A program made the translations under genes and the position numbers. The notes beneath the pieces were generated by a model, which did not search any database, was not told where the DNA came from, and saw only the letters and a list, made by a program, of their open reading frames with translations. Below are positions 42,164-54,333 of a DNA stretch of 64,000 nt, piece after piece; position 1 is the first letter of the stretch, and the number at the start of each line of letters is the position of its first letter. This DNA comes from Methanotrichaceae archaeon. GTDB lineage: Archaea > Halobacteriota > Methanosarcinia > Methanotrichales > Methanotrichaceae. The DNA lies in contig CAWEXU010000030.1 in NCBI GenBank assembly GCA_963813075.1, forward strand, positions 424,755 to 488,754. The letters are read 5' to 3'.

Positions 42164-43743
42164 TTAGGCCATTGAGAGGGCCTTAACCGCATAATTCAGG
42201 ACCTGGTCTTTCGCTCCTCTTCTCCGCCGGATGAACATTCCGGTCTTGGTCTCATCCAGGATCTTCTCCGAGTGGCTCGGCCGTGGCCAGGCTGACCAGG
42301 ATCATTGTCGCCACTGCCAGGACAAATCCATACATGCTGGGATGCATGGGCATGGGGGCAATGAACTTGGCATAATAGCTGAAGGCGAACGTCCCCACCA
42401 GGCCCACGATCATCGAGGCCAGGGCACCCTCCCGGGTGGCCCGACGCCAGTACAGCCCGGCGAACAGCGGTGTCACAAAGCAGGCCAGCATCACTCCGAT
42501 GGCCATCCAGATCAGCCAGGCCAGTAGCTCCGGCGGATTGGACCAGGCCAGGTACAGAGTGATAACCGTAGAGGCGACTATCGCCGCCCGGCTGAGGAGG
42601 GTGATCGACTTCTCTGAGGCCTCCTTATTGACGAACTGCCGGTATATGTCCCAGCTGACATAGCTTCCGATGGTCAGCATCAGCCGGTCGGTGGTGGACA
42701 TCACCGCCGATAGGACGATCACCGCTACCAATGGGGCGAAAAATCCCGGGAAGACATACTCAGAGGCCACAATGAATGAGTAGTCCGCAGGATTGGAGAC
42801 CCCGGTGGGCATGGCGATCAAACCCTCCTGGGTCATTGACCGGGCGGCATATCCGGTGATCTTGCACAGGTACATGATCACTGCATAGATGACGAAGGCG
42901 GCAAGAGGCGCCCACTTGAAGTACCGGGCCTCTCTTGCGGCAAGCACATTGTTGACCACATGAGGAGCTGCCGCCAGGCCGAAGGCGAGCAGGAAGAAGA
43001 AGGAGACCAGGTACATGGGGGTCATGAAGGCATAGCCGGCATAGGGCGGGTGCATCTGGGGATACCACAGGTGAGTCATATTCACATCCATCTCCGCCAG
43101 GACGGTGTTGACATGCGTCAATCCGCCGGCGGCATCGATGACCGCCGGACCGACCAGCAGCACTCCCAACCAGTATCATCATTCCCTGGATCAGTGAGGC
43201 CATGCCGATGGCATACAGCCCTCCGAGGATGGTGTAGCCCATGACGATGACCGCACCGATGACCAGAGCCCACTGATAGGGTATCTTGAACAGCCATGAT
43301 AAGACCATGCTGATGGAGATGTACTGGCCCACCAGATAGATGATGGAGATGAAGACGCCGATTATGGCGGATGTGCCTCGAATCCCCCGCGGGCTGTAGA
43401 ACCGGTGGGCGAAATAGTCCTGCATCGTCACATAGCCGGTCTTGGCGGCGACCGCATGGAGCTTCGTCCCGAAGAACAGTATGCATATGGCAGCGCAGAG
43501 GGGGACGAATATCTGCTCCCAGATGCTCGGCCAGCCGGTGGCATATCCCAGGCCTGCTACCCCCAGGATGGTCATGCCGCTGCAGATGCTCGATACGACC
43601 AGAAGGGTGAACGTCCAGAAGCCCAGGTTCCTTCCCGCCACCAGGAAATCCTCGGAGTTTTTGATCTTCCTTGAGGCGAAGGCTCCAATGGCGATGAGCC
43701 CTATGAAATAGACGGCAACTACCGCTAAAGTGGTAACATCCAT
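42164..43743 (-). CDS. sodium:solute symporter family protein; indels near 43169 and 42272; 3' end approximate
   Basis: EDFLVAGRNLG, YF.HRF.S, YTILGG, LSAVMSTTD, GLYWRRAT..GA. Confidence 0.88.
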
Positions 43744-43747
43744 GTCA

Positions 43748-43843
43748 TCACCACCTCAAGGCCCAGATCAGGAGCAGAATCGATATGAATACTGGCACAA
43801 TGATGATTCCGATAAATGTCTCTGTCGGCAGTCCTAAGATCAG
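43748..43843 (-). CDS. 31-aa single-TM accessory peptide of the symporter, CTG start
   Basis: GAGGAGG 7 nt before CTG; (M)ILGLPTETFIGIIIVPVFISILLLIWALRW; stop 4 bp before the symporter ATG. Confidence 0.65.
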   Translation of the reverse strand: MILGLPTETFIGIIIVPVFISILLLIWALRW

Positions 43844-43953
43844 ATTAAACCCTCCTCAAGTGTTGCGTGTGAGCATGGTTCAGACCGGGGATCTAATAAA
43901 GCTAACCGTTCCAAACTGAGAGCTTTTATAGTGATCTCACCACATCTCAAGGG

Positions 43954-44773
43954 ATGAGCGAGCTACTTTCTTCCCCTGGCTATGAACTTCTGGGGATTTG
44001 CGACGACGTCTCCAGAAGGGTGGCCTCCTCCATCCGGGATATGGTCGGCACTGCGTCCGGCGGACAGATGGTGAATATGGGCGCAGACGGCACTCCCACC
44101 AAGAGGATCGACCGCGCGGCAGAGGATGCGGTCCTGGAGGTGCTGCAGTCATCGGGCATGGCCTTCCAGGTGCTGAGCGAGGAGAGGGGTGAGGTGACTG
44201 TAGGCAAGAATCCGGAGCATTTCCTTCATCTCGATCCCCTGGACGGGACATTCAATGCCATTTCTGGCATACCATTCTATGCCCTGTCAATCTACATCCG
44301 CGGTGAAGACTGCCGTCTGGGATACATTTATGATCTCGCCCGCGGGCAGAGATTCTATGCCGAAGCGGGCAGAGGGGCTTATGCCGGATCGGGAGAGAGG
44401 ATGAGCGTCTCAGAGAATGATGATATCAAAAACTTCAGCATCTCTGCCTATACCATCCGCCCCAACGCCGGCCGCATAACCGGAATAGGGAACCGGGTGA
44501 GGAGGATTCGAACCTTGGGGAGCGCCTCATTGGAGATGGCCCTGGTCGCCTCGGGCAGGCTGGATGGATTTGTCGATCTGCGGGGGATGATGAGGGTGGT
44601 GGATGTGGCCGCAGGCTGCCTGATCATCGAGGAGGCAGGGGGACGGGTGTCCGATTCAGAGGGATGCCGGCTCCAGATGGGCAGGAGATATGTGGCAGAA
44701 GAGGTGTCTGGTCGGCTCCAACGGCCGGCGGCATGAGGATCTGCTCAAGCTAATCGATGGTGGTTGCGATTAA
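43954..44773 (+). CDS. inositol monophosphatase/FBPase (NADP phosphatase-like); indel near 44680
   Basis: GADGTPT..ID..AE, LSEE, LDPLDGTFN, DVAAG.LI.EEAGG. Confidence 0.88.
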
Positions 44774-45593
44774 GATCGGATTTGTCTCCCGGAGGGAGGA
44801 GGCGCCTGTCCAGCTGGCGAAGAGGCTCATCGATGAGATCGAGTCCTGGAATAGCGGTGTGCAGATACTGGTGGACGAGGACCTGGCCACAAAGATAGGA
44901 AGGCCGCCCTCAACCGTCCCGGAGATGGAACGGCTGAAGGTGGATTTTATTGTCTCTATCGGAGGAGACGGCACCATCTTAAGGACCATTCATAAGATGG
45001 CAGACCCGGTCCCCATCCTGGGGATAAACATGGGCACCCTGGGCTTTCTGGTGGACGTGGTGCCGGCAGACGCAGCAGAGACCATCAAGCGCCTCCTTTC
45101 CGGATTCGTGGTGGACGAGCGCTCCCGGCTGAAGCTGCTCATAAACGGGGTCTGCATGCCTCGGGCCACCAATGAGATCGCCTTTATCACCGCCAGCCCG
45201 GCCAAGATGATCGAGTTCGAGATCCTGGTGGACGGCTCTCTGATGGAGGACTTCCGGGCGGACGGGGTGATCATAGCCACTGCCACCGGCTCCACCGCTT
45301 ATGCCATGTCCGCCGGAGGGCCCATCGTCGACCCGCGGGTGGATGCCATCGTGCTCGTCCCCATGGCCCCCTTCAAGCTCTCCAGCCGCCCCTGGGTGAT
45401 GCCCGGGGACAGCGTCATCGAGGTCCGGCTCAAGCTGCCGGAGAAGGAGGCGCTGGTGGTGGTGGACGGCCAGAGCTCGACGAACATATCCACCAAGGAT
45501 TCAATAGTGATAAGCAAGGCTAAGGCCCCGGCCAGGTTTGTGAAGGTGGCAAAGGACGGCTTTTACGCCAAGGTGAAAAGCAAGCTGGCCTAG
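44757..45593 (+). CDS. nadK: NAD(+) kinase
   Basis: GGDGT, GINMGTLGFL, NE, DGVIIATATGSTAY..SAGG. Confidence 0.95.
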   Translation: MVVAIKIGFVSRREEAPVQLAKRLIDEIESWNSGVQILVDEDLATKIGRPPSTVPEMERLKVDFIVSIGGDGTILRTIHKMADPVPILGINMGTLGFLVDVVPADAAETIKRLLSGFVVDERSRLKLLINGVCMPRATNEIAFITASPAKMIEFEILVDGSLMEDFRADGVIIATATGSTAYAMSAGGPIVDPRVDAIVLVPMAPFKLSSRPWVMPGDSVIEVRLKLPEKEALVVVDGQSSTNISTKDSIVISKAKAPARFVKVAKDGFYAKVKSKLA

Positions 45594-46715
45594 CCCACCT
45601 CTCTTTTGAGCATCAGTGTGGCAGCGATGAACATCAGCAGGAAGAAGGCCCCCAAAAAGATGAGATCCGGCAGGATCTGAGATAGCGATGCTCCCTTGAG
45701 CATGATCGCCCTCAGGGCGTCGCTGGCATAGGTCAGGGGCAGAACATTGGAGATGGGACGGAGAAACCCGGGAATGGATTGCACCGGCCAGAACACCCCG
45801 CACAGCACTATCTGGGGAATGATGACGATGGGGATGAACTGCACCACCTGAAACTCGCTTCGGGCGAAGTTGGAGACGAATGAGCCCATCGCCAGTGCGC
45901 CTGCGCCCAGCAAGAGGATGATGGCAAAAGCATCCAGAGGGTTTCCCCTCATCGGCACGCCGAATAGATAGATCACAATCAAGAGAGTGGTCGCCGACTG
46001 GATGATGGCCACCAGGCAAAAGCCCAGGATGTAGCCGGAGACGATCTCCACCCGGCTTAAGGGCGAGACCATGAACTTCTCCAGCGTTCCCAGAGTCCTC
46101 TCTCTGAGAAAGGATATGGCAGCGATGATGAATGTGAAGAAGAACACCACCAGACCTAAAATTGCCGGGCCGATGGTATCGATCATCTCCAGGTCGTAGC
46201 CGAAGATGTAGCGGGTGGTAATGGGTGGATCCGAATCAGTCCGGATCGACTCCCTGCTCACGCCGGTCTGCACGGCAGCCACAATCCTCTCCGAGATCTG
46301 CAGGCTGCTGGCATCCAGCAAAACCCGCACCTCCTCCGGCTGGATGACCACGCGCCCCGTCCAGCCTGCCATCTAAGATGAGCTTCTCTGCGTCCGACTG
46401 GGAGCCAAGATAGAGGATATCGAATTCATTCAGGGATGCGATGTAAGACCGCAAAGAGCCGTGGCCTCCGCCGTCCACCAGACCGAGCTTGACCCCGGTC
46501 ATCTCTCCGGAGAGGGCATAGCCGAATAGGATCATCAGGACTCCCACCAGACCGAGCTTGACCCCGGTCATCTCTCCGGAGAGGGCATAGCCGAATAGGA
46601 TCATCAGCACAATGGGGGCGAACAGGATCAGGCCGATGGTGCGCCGATCTCTCTTCAGCTGGCGGACGACCCGCAGGGCCACAACCCCCACCCTCTCTGG
46701 ATCCGGCCTTTTCAT
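45590..46715 (-). CDS. ABC-2 type permease; indel near 46352 and an internal 69-bp duplication
   Basis: QLKRDRRT; ERTLGTLEK...P; PLTYA.DALR. Confidence 0.85.
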
Positions 46716-47620
46716 GCTCCCTCCGAGAGGCGCAAAAAGGCCTCCTCCAGCCTGGGCTCAGAGAGCCTGATATCCAGAGGCGAGACTAAAGCCAGGACAT
46801 CTCTGATCCGGGCATGGCTCTTGAGGGTGACCGTCACCACCCCATCCTCGAATTCTGCCTCAAACCCCTGCGACCGGAGTAGAGCGGCATCATCCTCCGG
46901 CTGGGCCAGCCAGAGACGGAGCCTGGGAAAAAGGCCCGCCTGGCGCAAGATCTCCTCCGGGCTGCCCTGGGCGATCATTTTACCCGCCCGCATGTAGCCC
47001 ACCATCTGGCACCGTTCCGCCTCATCCATGAGGTGGGTGGTGATGATCACCGTCTTGCCTGCCTCTGCGAGGCTTTGGAAATACTCCCAGAAGGTCTGCC
47101 TCAGTCGGGGGTCTATCCCTACGGTGGGCTCGTCAAGCAAGCAGCAGCTCCGGCTGGTGGATGAGGGTACAGGCTAAGGAGAGCCTCTGGTACATACCGC
47201 CGGAGAGGGCTCCTGCCAGTCGTTTGCGGTGCTCGGAGAGGGCGACCATTCTCAGCAGCTCCTCAATTCTATCCTCTCGATCCTGGCCCTTTATGCCATA
47301 GAGCCCGGAATAAAACTGCATGTTCTCCTCCACTGTCAGGTCGGGATAGAGGGCCTTATGCTGGGTCATATAGCCGATCCGGGAGTAGATCTCCTCCACA
47401 CCAGAGACGGGCCGGTCCAGAACCCTCAGCTCTCCAGAGTCGAGGCGCAGCAGCCGGACGATGGCCCGGATGAATGTGGTCTTGCCCGAGCCGTTGGGCC
47501 CCAGCAGGCAGTAGGTCACCCCGCGGGGAATGTCCACATCCAGCCCGTCCAGTACCCTCAGCTGCCCGAAGCTCTTGGTCGCGCCGCGGGCAGACACGCC
47601 CGGGCTTTTTCGACTGCCAT
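46712..47620 (-). CDS. ABC transporter ATP-binding protein; indels near 47595 and 47138
   Basis: GPNGSGKT; LSGG; LLDEPT.G.DP; TTHLM.EA. Confidence 0.88.
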
Positions 47621-47625
47621 GAACC

Positions 47626-48746
47626 TCAGACCCTCTTTTTTCTGCGGAGGAATATTATCAGCACCGCAGCCAGCAGGGCGAAAAAGAGCAGAGCGGCCAG
47701 CGCCCATCCCCTGCCCCTCCTCCTCGATTCTCACATAGGCGTTCACCCAGTCGGTCAGGTCATCCCTGCGGCTGTCGGAGAACTGGAAGAGGATTTTTAG
47801 CTGGTAGTTCTTGCCGGGAAGGGCGTCCTTGGAGACATCCAGCTTATAGAGAAGCTCTGCCTCCTCCTGGGGCGCAAGGGTGGGGATGGGAGACTCGTCA
47901 ACGCTCACATACAGGCCGCTTTCCGGACGGAGACGGGCGACCAGGTCGACTTGCCCGGTCGTCCCCCACATTCTTCACCCTTATCCGGATCACATTCCCC
48001 TCCGAGCCCGGCCGGAGGGAGGTGGGGGTGACATTGAGGACCTGAAACTGGGCACCGCTTCTCCTCTCCACAATCAGCTCGAGGGGAATGGTCTGGCTGA
48101 GGGAATCGTACCAGTAATAGACGTCCGGGTTCTCCGGCCGGTCTTCATCCTCTTTCGCCGCCACGTCCTTCTGATAGGTGTAGTTGACCTGGGCCAGCAA
48201 GCGGTAGCTGCCGGGGAGGGCGTTCTCATAGGCCTCCAGGGGGAACTCCAGCCGGGAGGAGGTCTGGCCCTCGCGGATGTTGCCGGGAAAGGCCACCGAG
48301 CGCTTGATATCTATTGCGCTCTCGTTCTCCGCCCGGAGGAGGACGGAGACATCCTGGGCCACGGTCCTCTGCTTTTCCAGCTCCAGCTCCCTTTGGGCTG
48401 CCAGGATCTCCTCTCTTTTGTTGGCTGCCGGCTCCTCGTTTATCTGAAAAGAGGTTATGCGGCCCCGGTTGGTCAGGGTCATGGTGAGGACGGTCTCCTC
48501 CCCCTGATAGATGCGAGACTTGTCCAGGGATGCGGTCAGATTGGGGGTGCCGTAGACCTTGTAGTAGTCGGCTGAGAACCTCTCCGGCGGGATGGGGGCT
48601 CCGCTCTCGGCGGCCAGCCCGAGGAGGACCGAGGATAAGGATAGAATCAGAGATGCAACGAATACGAACCGGGCAAGGTGCAGAGCGGTGGCGTCCTTCC
48701 CGGAGTTGTCAATTGATCTGTTGCTTTTTGACCATTTGTCAATCAT
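47626..48746 (-). CDS. COG1361-like S-layer domain protein; several indels
   Basis: secreted beta-rich domains (LTNRG, PGSYRL, VKNVG, PGKNYQL); C-terminal TM and basic tail; sits next to an ABC-2 transporter. Confidence 0.7.
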
Positions 48747-48847
48747 GGACCAATCCTTCTCCTGCTGGCCTTGACCGGGCCATGACAAAAATCCGAATAA
48801 GAGTATGGTGCTTTTGCTATTTGGAGATTGCCATCTCTACTGGCCGC

Positions 48848-49445
48848 TCAATCCTTGCAGCGAAACCGGGGCCGGAACATGGGCACCCTCAGCCGATACT
48901 CCTCGTATGCTTTTCCGAACTCCTCTTTCAGGGATCGCTCCTCATGGAGGGCACCGAGATAAAAGTAGAATGTGGCCATGATATTGAAGGTCAGAAGATT
49001 CATGGTCATGATCGGGCTGGTCCAGAGGAAGAGAATGGCAAACAGGAAGAGCGGGTTTCTCAGGTGGCAGTAAAAGCCACTGGTCACCAGAATTTTCTCC
49101 CCGCCCGGTCGAAGTAGTCCCTCCAGCCCCAGGAAATCCAGAACGCCTGTCTGGAAAAGGGTGATCAGCAGCATGGCCGCCGCCAGGAGCTGGGCGGCGG
49201 CCATCAGCCCGAAAGCCGGCCAGGGAGCGATGTAGATGACCTCATCCGGCAGATAGAGGAGGATAAAGATGAAAGGCAGCAGCATGATCAGGGCCAGCAG
49301 ATTGAAGGCCAGCCTCTCCCAGCGGTCGAAGCCGCTGCCAGCTCTCTCCTCTTGCCCATCTCTTGAACCGGGGATCGGCCAGGAGGCTATGAACAGAGGC
49401 AAAAACCAGAAAGTACGCCGCCATGGCCAATGCACCAGATCCCAT
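48848..49445 (-). CDS. isoprenylcysteine carboxyl methyltransferase-like membrane protein; indels
   Basis: YFLVFASVHSLLA; LVTSGFY..LRNP; HEERSL...FG.AY.EY...VP. Confidence 0.8.
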
Positions 49446-49480
49446 ATCTGCTCGAACTCCGGAAAGATCTCTTCAGGGCC

Positions 49481-49972
49481 TCATTTCAGGGGGAGGTAGA
49501 ATAAGACATCCTCATCGGGAATGCAGGCCACAGACAGGCCCCGCCTCTGCAAAAGAACAGAGACCGCCTCCATCAGCTCCAGGATGCATTGGTTGTGCCT
49601 TTCCACGCATATGCCCTTGAAGTCCTCAAAGCCTCCGGTGACCAGGTCCTCACCGAACTCCATCTGGGGGAGGTTCACCTCCAGCTCCGTCAGCTCCTCA
49701 AGACACAGGCCGCTATTCGTGGCCACCTGATCCAGCATCGCCATATACTGATCATAATCCATGGCATAGACCACTCCCCGCACCCGGCTCGATTGGTCCT
49801 CCTTCGACCTGGCCATATAGAGGGGCAAGCCCGATATGTCTATCTCCTCAGGCGGCTTGCCGCTTGCGATCTCTTCTGCCGCCCTCTGCATCACCCTGAG
49901 GACGTCATCCAGGCCCTCCAGCACCTTAGAGGCTACGGTTTCCAGCATATCCTTGCCATTAGCGGTAGTCAT
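49481..49972 (-). CDS. hypothetical protein
   Basis: 163-aa acidic ORF with host-like codon usage. Confidence 0.7.
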   Translation of the reverse strand: MTTANGKDMLETVASKVLEGLDDVLRVMQRAAEEIASGKPPEEIDISGLPLYMARSKEDQSSRVRGVVYAMDYDQYMAMLDQVATNSGLCLEELTELEVNLPQMEFGEDLVTGGFEDFKGICVERHNQCILELMEAVSVLLQRRGLSVACIPDEDVLFYLPLK

Positions 49973-50224
49973 TTGGCCCTCTCCGTCCAGCTCAGTTGGG
50001 ATCTGGCCCTCGCCCAGGAACCCGGGCGGGAATCGTCCGGCAGATCCTCGTCAAAGCGCTGCCCATGGCGTCATTCGTATCTGGGAGCTAATAGAATTTA
50101 CGTTTATTGAGGGGCATTGGGTGGGTGGTGTATCGTGCTGCTGATCTAATCCTTTGCAAAAACCATTACCATTATAAACTCACACCATAACGATAGCTAT
50201 CAAATCATCTGGAGGCCAAAACAA

Positions 50225-50527
50225 TTGATCAAGCACATTGTCATGTTCAAGTTCAAGGAATTCTCTTGTGGCAGGAATAAACAGGAGAACATCCATCTAA
50301 TAAAGGAATCATTGCAATCCCTTCCCCCTAAGATCAAGGAGATAAAGTCCTTCCAGCTGGGAGTCAACATCATCCCCGCCAGCAATGCCTATGATCTGGT
50401 GCTGCTCTCGGAGTTCACGAGCCCCGAGGAGCTAGTAAGCTATCAGAAGCATCCGGAGCATGTCAGGGTGGCGGAGGTGGCGAGCCAGGTCTGCGAGTCC
50501 AGGATCGTGGTGGACTATGCCTGCTAA
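50225..50527 (+). CDS. Dabb (stress-responsive A/B barrel) protein
   Basis: IKHIVMFKFK; YQKHPEH; VDY. Confidence 0.9.
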   Translation: MIKHIVMFKFKEFSCGRNKQENIHLIKESLQSLPPKIKEIKSFQLGVNIIPASNAYDLVLLSEFTSPEELVSYQKHPEHVRVAEVASQVCESRIVVDYAC

Positions 50528-50528
50528 T

Positions 50529-53063
50529 TCAGTCCTTCAGCCCTCTGAGAAAGTGGCCGTGGGTAATTCCTCCCAGGGCCAGGGGCTGAATCCTCTCCTT
50601 CAAACCCAGCAGCCTCTCCTTTAAAGGCGCGGGATCAGTGGCCAATAGCTTTTCGGTCAGCTCTATCGCTTGATTATAGGCCCCGGTCACCTCTTGAGCA
50701 TAGCTTTCCGTCCGCCCTCTGGCGTCCAGGGATACCCCGTCCAGTCCCATCCGGCAGATCTCGGGCAAGAGGTCGATCAGGCAGGTCTCGGCGGAGTTGA
50801 AGATATGGGTCCTGCCCTCGTCATCCACCTTCAGGGGAAAGATGTGCTTGAAATCCTGCAGGCCCCAGAACTCCTCCGAAGATCTTCCTTTGGCCAGTTG
50901 GGGGATGGAGTCCTCGGCCACCATCACCTCCAGGCTGCCCTGGACGACCAGCTCCAGCTTCGGCGTGCCGTCCCGGCCGGGCAGAGCCCGGATCGCTGAG
51001 GCGGCATCCTTCAGCTGGCGACAGGATAGCTCCGGGGAGAGGGTGAGCCAGCAGAACTGGGGTGCAAGGGCCTGGGCAGTCAGGTGGTTCCATACGTTCA
51101 GCCCCGATGCGCCGTAAAGCGGCAATTCGGGCATCTTCTCTTTGATCGCCCAGGCAGGGCCGACGTTCTCCACCATGATCCCGTTCAGCTGCACCTGGGA
51201 GAGCAGAGGCAGGGCAAGGTCAATGAAGTCATCCCGAGTGATCCGCGGCCACTTCCAGATCAGCTCTGCCCTGCCGCATAGCTCTTTTGCCTCCTGCAGT
51301 TGGGCCAGGATCGTCTCTTTTCTTTCCCGATCTCTTCGACCAACGCCCGTTTGTGGCTCGAAGTATATCCGGCAAGATCCGCCCTCCACCGCTCCCTTCA
51401 ATATATCCAGGCGGTCGGCATAGACGGACAAATTGGGAGTGCTCCATTCCTCCCCGGACCTGCCTGCTGGCAGTTCAAGCTTATGCAGCCGATCTCTTGC
51501 CTCCCTTATCCGGTCAGATGCCGGTCGGCGGCCCTCCAGCACTGCCTTCTCCAGCCCGGCCAGAAGATCGCGGCGCAGCTGGTTTAAGGCTCCTGGGGGG
51601 GAGAAGAGCCCACCCGGATAGTCCATATCCACCTTTCTGACCACAAATATGGTGCCACCGGTCTTTCTCATCTGGGACTCGATCTGCTCACATGTCAGGG
51701 GCCTATTTTTGGCCTCCTCCATCCCGGATTCCCCCCGGACCGCTGCCACTTCGCCGCCATCCAGCCGGCCTTCGGCAATTGGAATTCCCTCCTCCCAGGT
51801 GAGGCGGATGTCCACGGGAATAGGTGCCCTCTCCTGAGCGGCGATCTGTTCAGCCCTCCGGGCCAGGGCAGAGCTGCCGGTGAGAAATACTCTGGCCCCA
51901 GGACGGACTCTATCCGGGGTCCTCAGTCGTACCAGTCCGTCCTTTTCGATGGCCTTCTGCACCACCAGACCCATCTCCTGGCCGGGAGACTGAATTACCA
52001 GGCCGTCCCCTTTCTCTGGCACCAGCGAGCTGCACAGGCGGACCGCGGCCTCCCCTCTCTGCAGGTCGTAGGAGGCCACGCTGCCGATGAGAAGCCCTCG
52101 ATTGTCCGACATCCCTCTGCCCATGACATCCTTGGCCCCCAGCAGGTGACCTTCTGTGAAGTCGCGGTTGAAGGCCAGGGCCAGGTCCCTCTCCTCCTCT
52201 GGGGAAGGCGACCAGCTGCCGCGGGCGATGGCATCCAGTGCCCTCCGGTAGATGCTGGTGACGATGGCCACATACTGGGGAGACTTCATCCTTCCTTCGA
52301 TCTTCAGGGACTGTACCGGCGAGCGGACTATCTTATCCAGATGCCGGTAGACGGAAAGGTCGCGAGTGGATATGATATAGCTCTCCTTTTGGGCGACGGC
52401 CTCTAGGCCCTCTGGCCGGCCGTATTCGTCCTTTTTGCCGTGCATCAGGACATACGGTTTCCTGCAGGGCTGGGCGCACATCCCCCTGTTACCGCTCCGC
52501 CCGCCGATGGCCGAGGAGAGGAGGCACTGGCCGGAGTAAGAATAGCACAGTGCTCCGTGAACGAACACCTCCAGGCCCATTTCCGCCTTTCCCGTCTCTG
52601 GCCCCCATCTTTTGATCTCCTCTATGGTGACCTCTCTGGCCAGGACGACCCTATTGAAGCCCGCCTGGGCAGCATACAGAGCTCCAGGAAGATTATGGAT
52701 GGTCATCTGGGTGGAGGCATGCCTCTCCAGAGCGGGAACAAGCTGGCGGGCCAGGGAGGCTGCGCCCAGGTCCTGCATCAGGACGGCATCTACACCCAGT
52801 TCGTACAGCCGGACGAGGTACTCTGACAGATCAAGCAGCTCATCCTCCCTGATCAGGGTGTTGACGGTAACGTAGACTTTAACCCCCCGGAGGTGGGCAT
52901 AGTCTATGGCTTCCGCCAGGTCAGCGTGGTCGAAGTTTGCGGCGAACTTTCTTGCTCCGAATCTTTTGCCGCTCAGATACACCGCATCCGCACCTGCTGC
53001 TATGGCCGAGTGCAGGGCCTCTGGCGAGCCGGCGGGGGCGAGAAGTTCAGGCAGTATTATCAA
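50529..53063 (-). CDS. U32 family protein with DUF3656 (RlhA-like RNA hydroxylation)
   Basis: ELLAPAGS, GADAVY, HASTQM, HGALCYSYSGQC..NRG.CAQPCR, LKIEGRMK. Confidence 0.9.
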   Translation of the reverse strand: MIILPELLAPAGSPEALHSAIAAGADAVYLSGKRFGARKFAANFDHADLAEAIDYAHLRGVKVYVTVNTLIREDELLDLSEYLVRLYELGVDAVLMQDLGAASLARQLVPALERHASTQMTIHNLPGALYAAQAGFNRVVLAREVTIEEIKRWGPETGKAEMGLEVFVHGALCYSYSGQCLLSSAIGGRSGNRGMCAQPCRKPYVLMHGKKDEYGRPEGLEAVAQKESYIISTRDLSVYRHLDKIVRSPVQSLKIEGRMKSPQYVAIVTSIYRRALDAIARGSWSPSPEEERDLALAFNRDFTEGHLLGAKDVMGRGMSDNRGLLIGSVASYDLQRGEAAVRLCSSLVPEKGDGLVIQSPGQEMGLVVQKAIEKDGLVRLRTPDRVRPGARVFLTGSSALARRAEQIAAQERAPIPVDIRLTWEEGIPIAEGRLDGGEVAAVRGESGMEEAKNRPLTCEQIESQMRKTGGTIFVVRKVDMDYPGGLFSPPGALNQLRRDLLAGLEKAVLEGRRPASDRIREARDRLHKLELPAGRSGEEWSTPNLSVYADRLDILKGAVEGGSCRIYFEPQTGVGRRDRERKETILAQLQEAKELCGRAELIWKWPRITRDDFIDLALPLLSQVQLNGIMVENVGPAWAIKEKMPELPLYGASGLNVWNHLTAQALAPQFCWLTLSPELSCRQLKDAASAIRALPGRDGTPKLELVVQGSLEVMVAEDSIPQLAKGRSSEEFWGLQDFKHIFPLKVDDEGRTHIFNSAETCLIDLLPEICRMGLDGVSLDARGRTESYAQEVTGAYNQAIELTEKLLATDPAPLKERLLGLKERIQPLALGGITHGHFLRGLKD

Positions 53064-53230
53064 TGTCAGTCAGCATGTCTGTTATTTCCTGGGTTGATAA
53101 GCCCTCCCCTTACCGGAAAGTGTGGAGCCTTGATGATCACTTCGATATTATTTGCTTTGCCCAAAGAGGACGAAGTCGTAGGCGGGTTATTTATCTGATG
53201 AGCTACATTTATATTGTTCTGGTGGATGTG

Positions 53231-54254
53231 ATGAATCATTTCAGTGCAATAATAGTTCTGATAGCCCTTTTATTCCTCTCCACCAGCGGGGAGGCTTTGA
53301 GGACTTTTTCTGGCGATACGATATCAATAGTCGATCCCGTAGAGGATGATATCTTTGCCGCAGGAAACATAGTGAATATCAACGCTCCAGTCGATTCGGC
53401 AGTGGTGGCTGCAGGCACAGTGAACGTCAACGCGCCAGTAAAAGGAGACGTCATCGCTGCTGGTGGCCAGGTCAATGTGAACTCCGATGTGGGCGGAAAG
53501 GTGGTAGCTGCCGGGGGAACGGTCAACTTGGGAGGAGATGTCGGCACCAATCTGGTGGCCGCCGGAGGCCAGGTGAGCATCCTTCCGGGCAGGAACGGTG
53601 GGCAGAGATGCCCTGATCGGCAGCGGCAATGCGGTAAACTCCGGCCGGATCAATGGCACACTGAGCGTTTATGCCGAAAGCTTCAACAACACCGGCTCGG
53701 CAGGAAAGGTCGACTTCTATCAGACGGAGAGGGCAGAGGATAAAGCCCCGCCCAGGGAAGACAAATGGGGTGGTTTTATTTTCAGCCTGATAAGCATCAT
53801 CGGATACCTCATCTTAGGGCTGATCCTGGTGAAATATCTTCCTAGCCTCTTCCGGACGGTGGACGAGGAGATTCGCACCTCCACCCTGCTTCGGACCATC
53901 CTGGGATTCATCATCATCATCGCCTCGTTCATCGCTCTCCTGCTGGTGGCCTTTACTGTGGTGGGCCTGCCGATAGCAATGATATCCATGCTCCTGGTGA
54001 TCGTCGCCCTGATGACCAGCGGGACATTCGTCGCCTATAGCCTGGGCCGGTGGATCTGCCAGCAGGGCAAGCTGAAACAGGGTGATCTGGTGTGCTTCGT
54101 TATTGGATTTGTGATTCTCAATCTCCTCTTCCTGATCCCCTATCTGGGCGGCATGGTGGGCATGATATCCATGAGCCTGGGATTCGCTGCCCTCCTGTAT
54201 GCCGCCAGACGCCTCATTCTGGCAAGCGGCAGCAAGATAGCGGTATTGGAATAG
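53231..54254 (+). CDS. membrane protein with bactofilin-like beta-helix repeats; indel near 53590
   Basis: repeated V.GD(V/L).AAGG.V.(V/L); C-terminal TMs with T.VGLP and LIPYLGG. Confidence 0.8.
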
Positions 54255-54333
54255 AAAAGGAAAAGAGAGCGAGAAAGGATAAACATTTTTTCTGGCGACT
54301 TTGGCCCAGCCAGAAATATTATTATTTTTTTTT

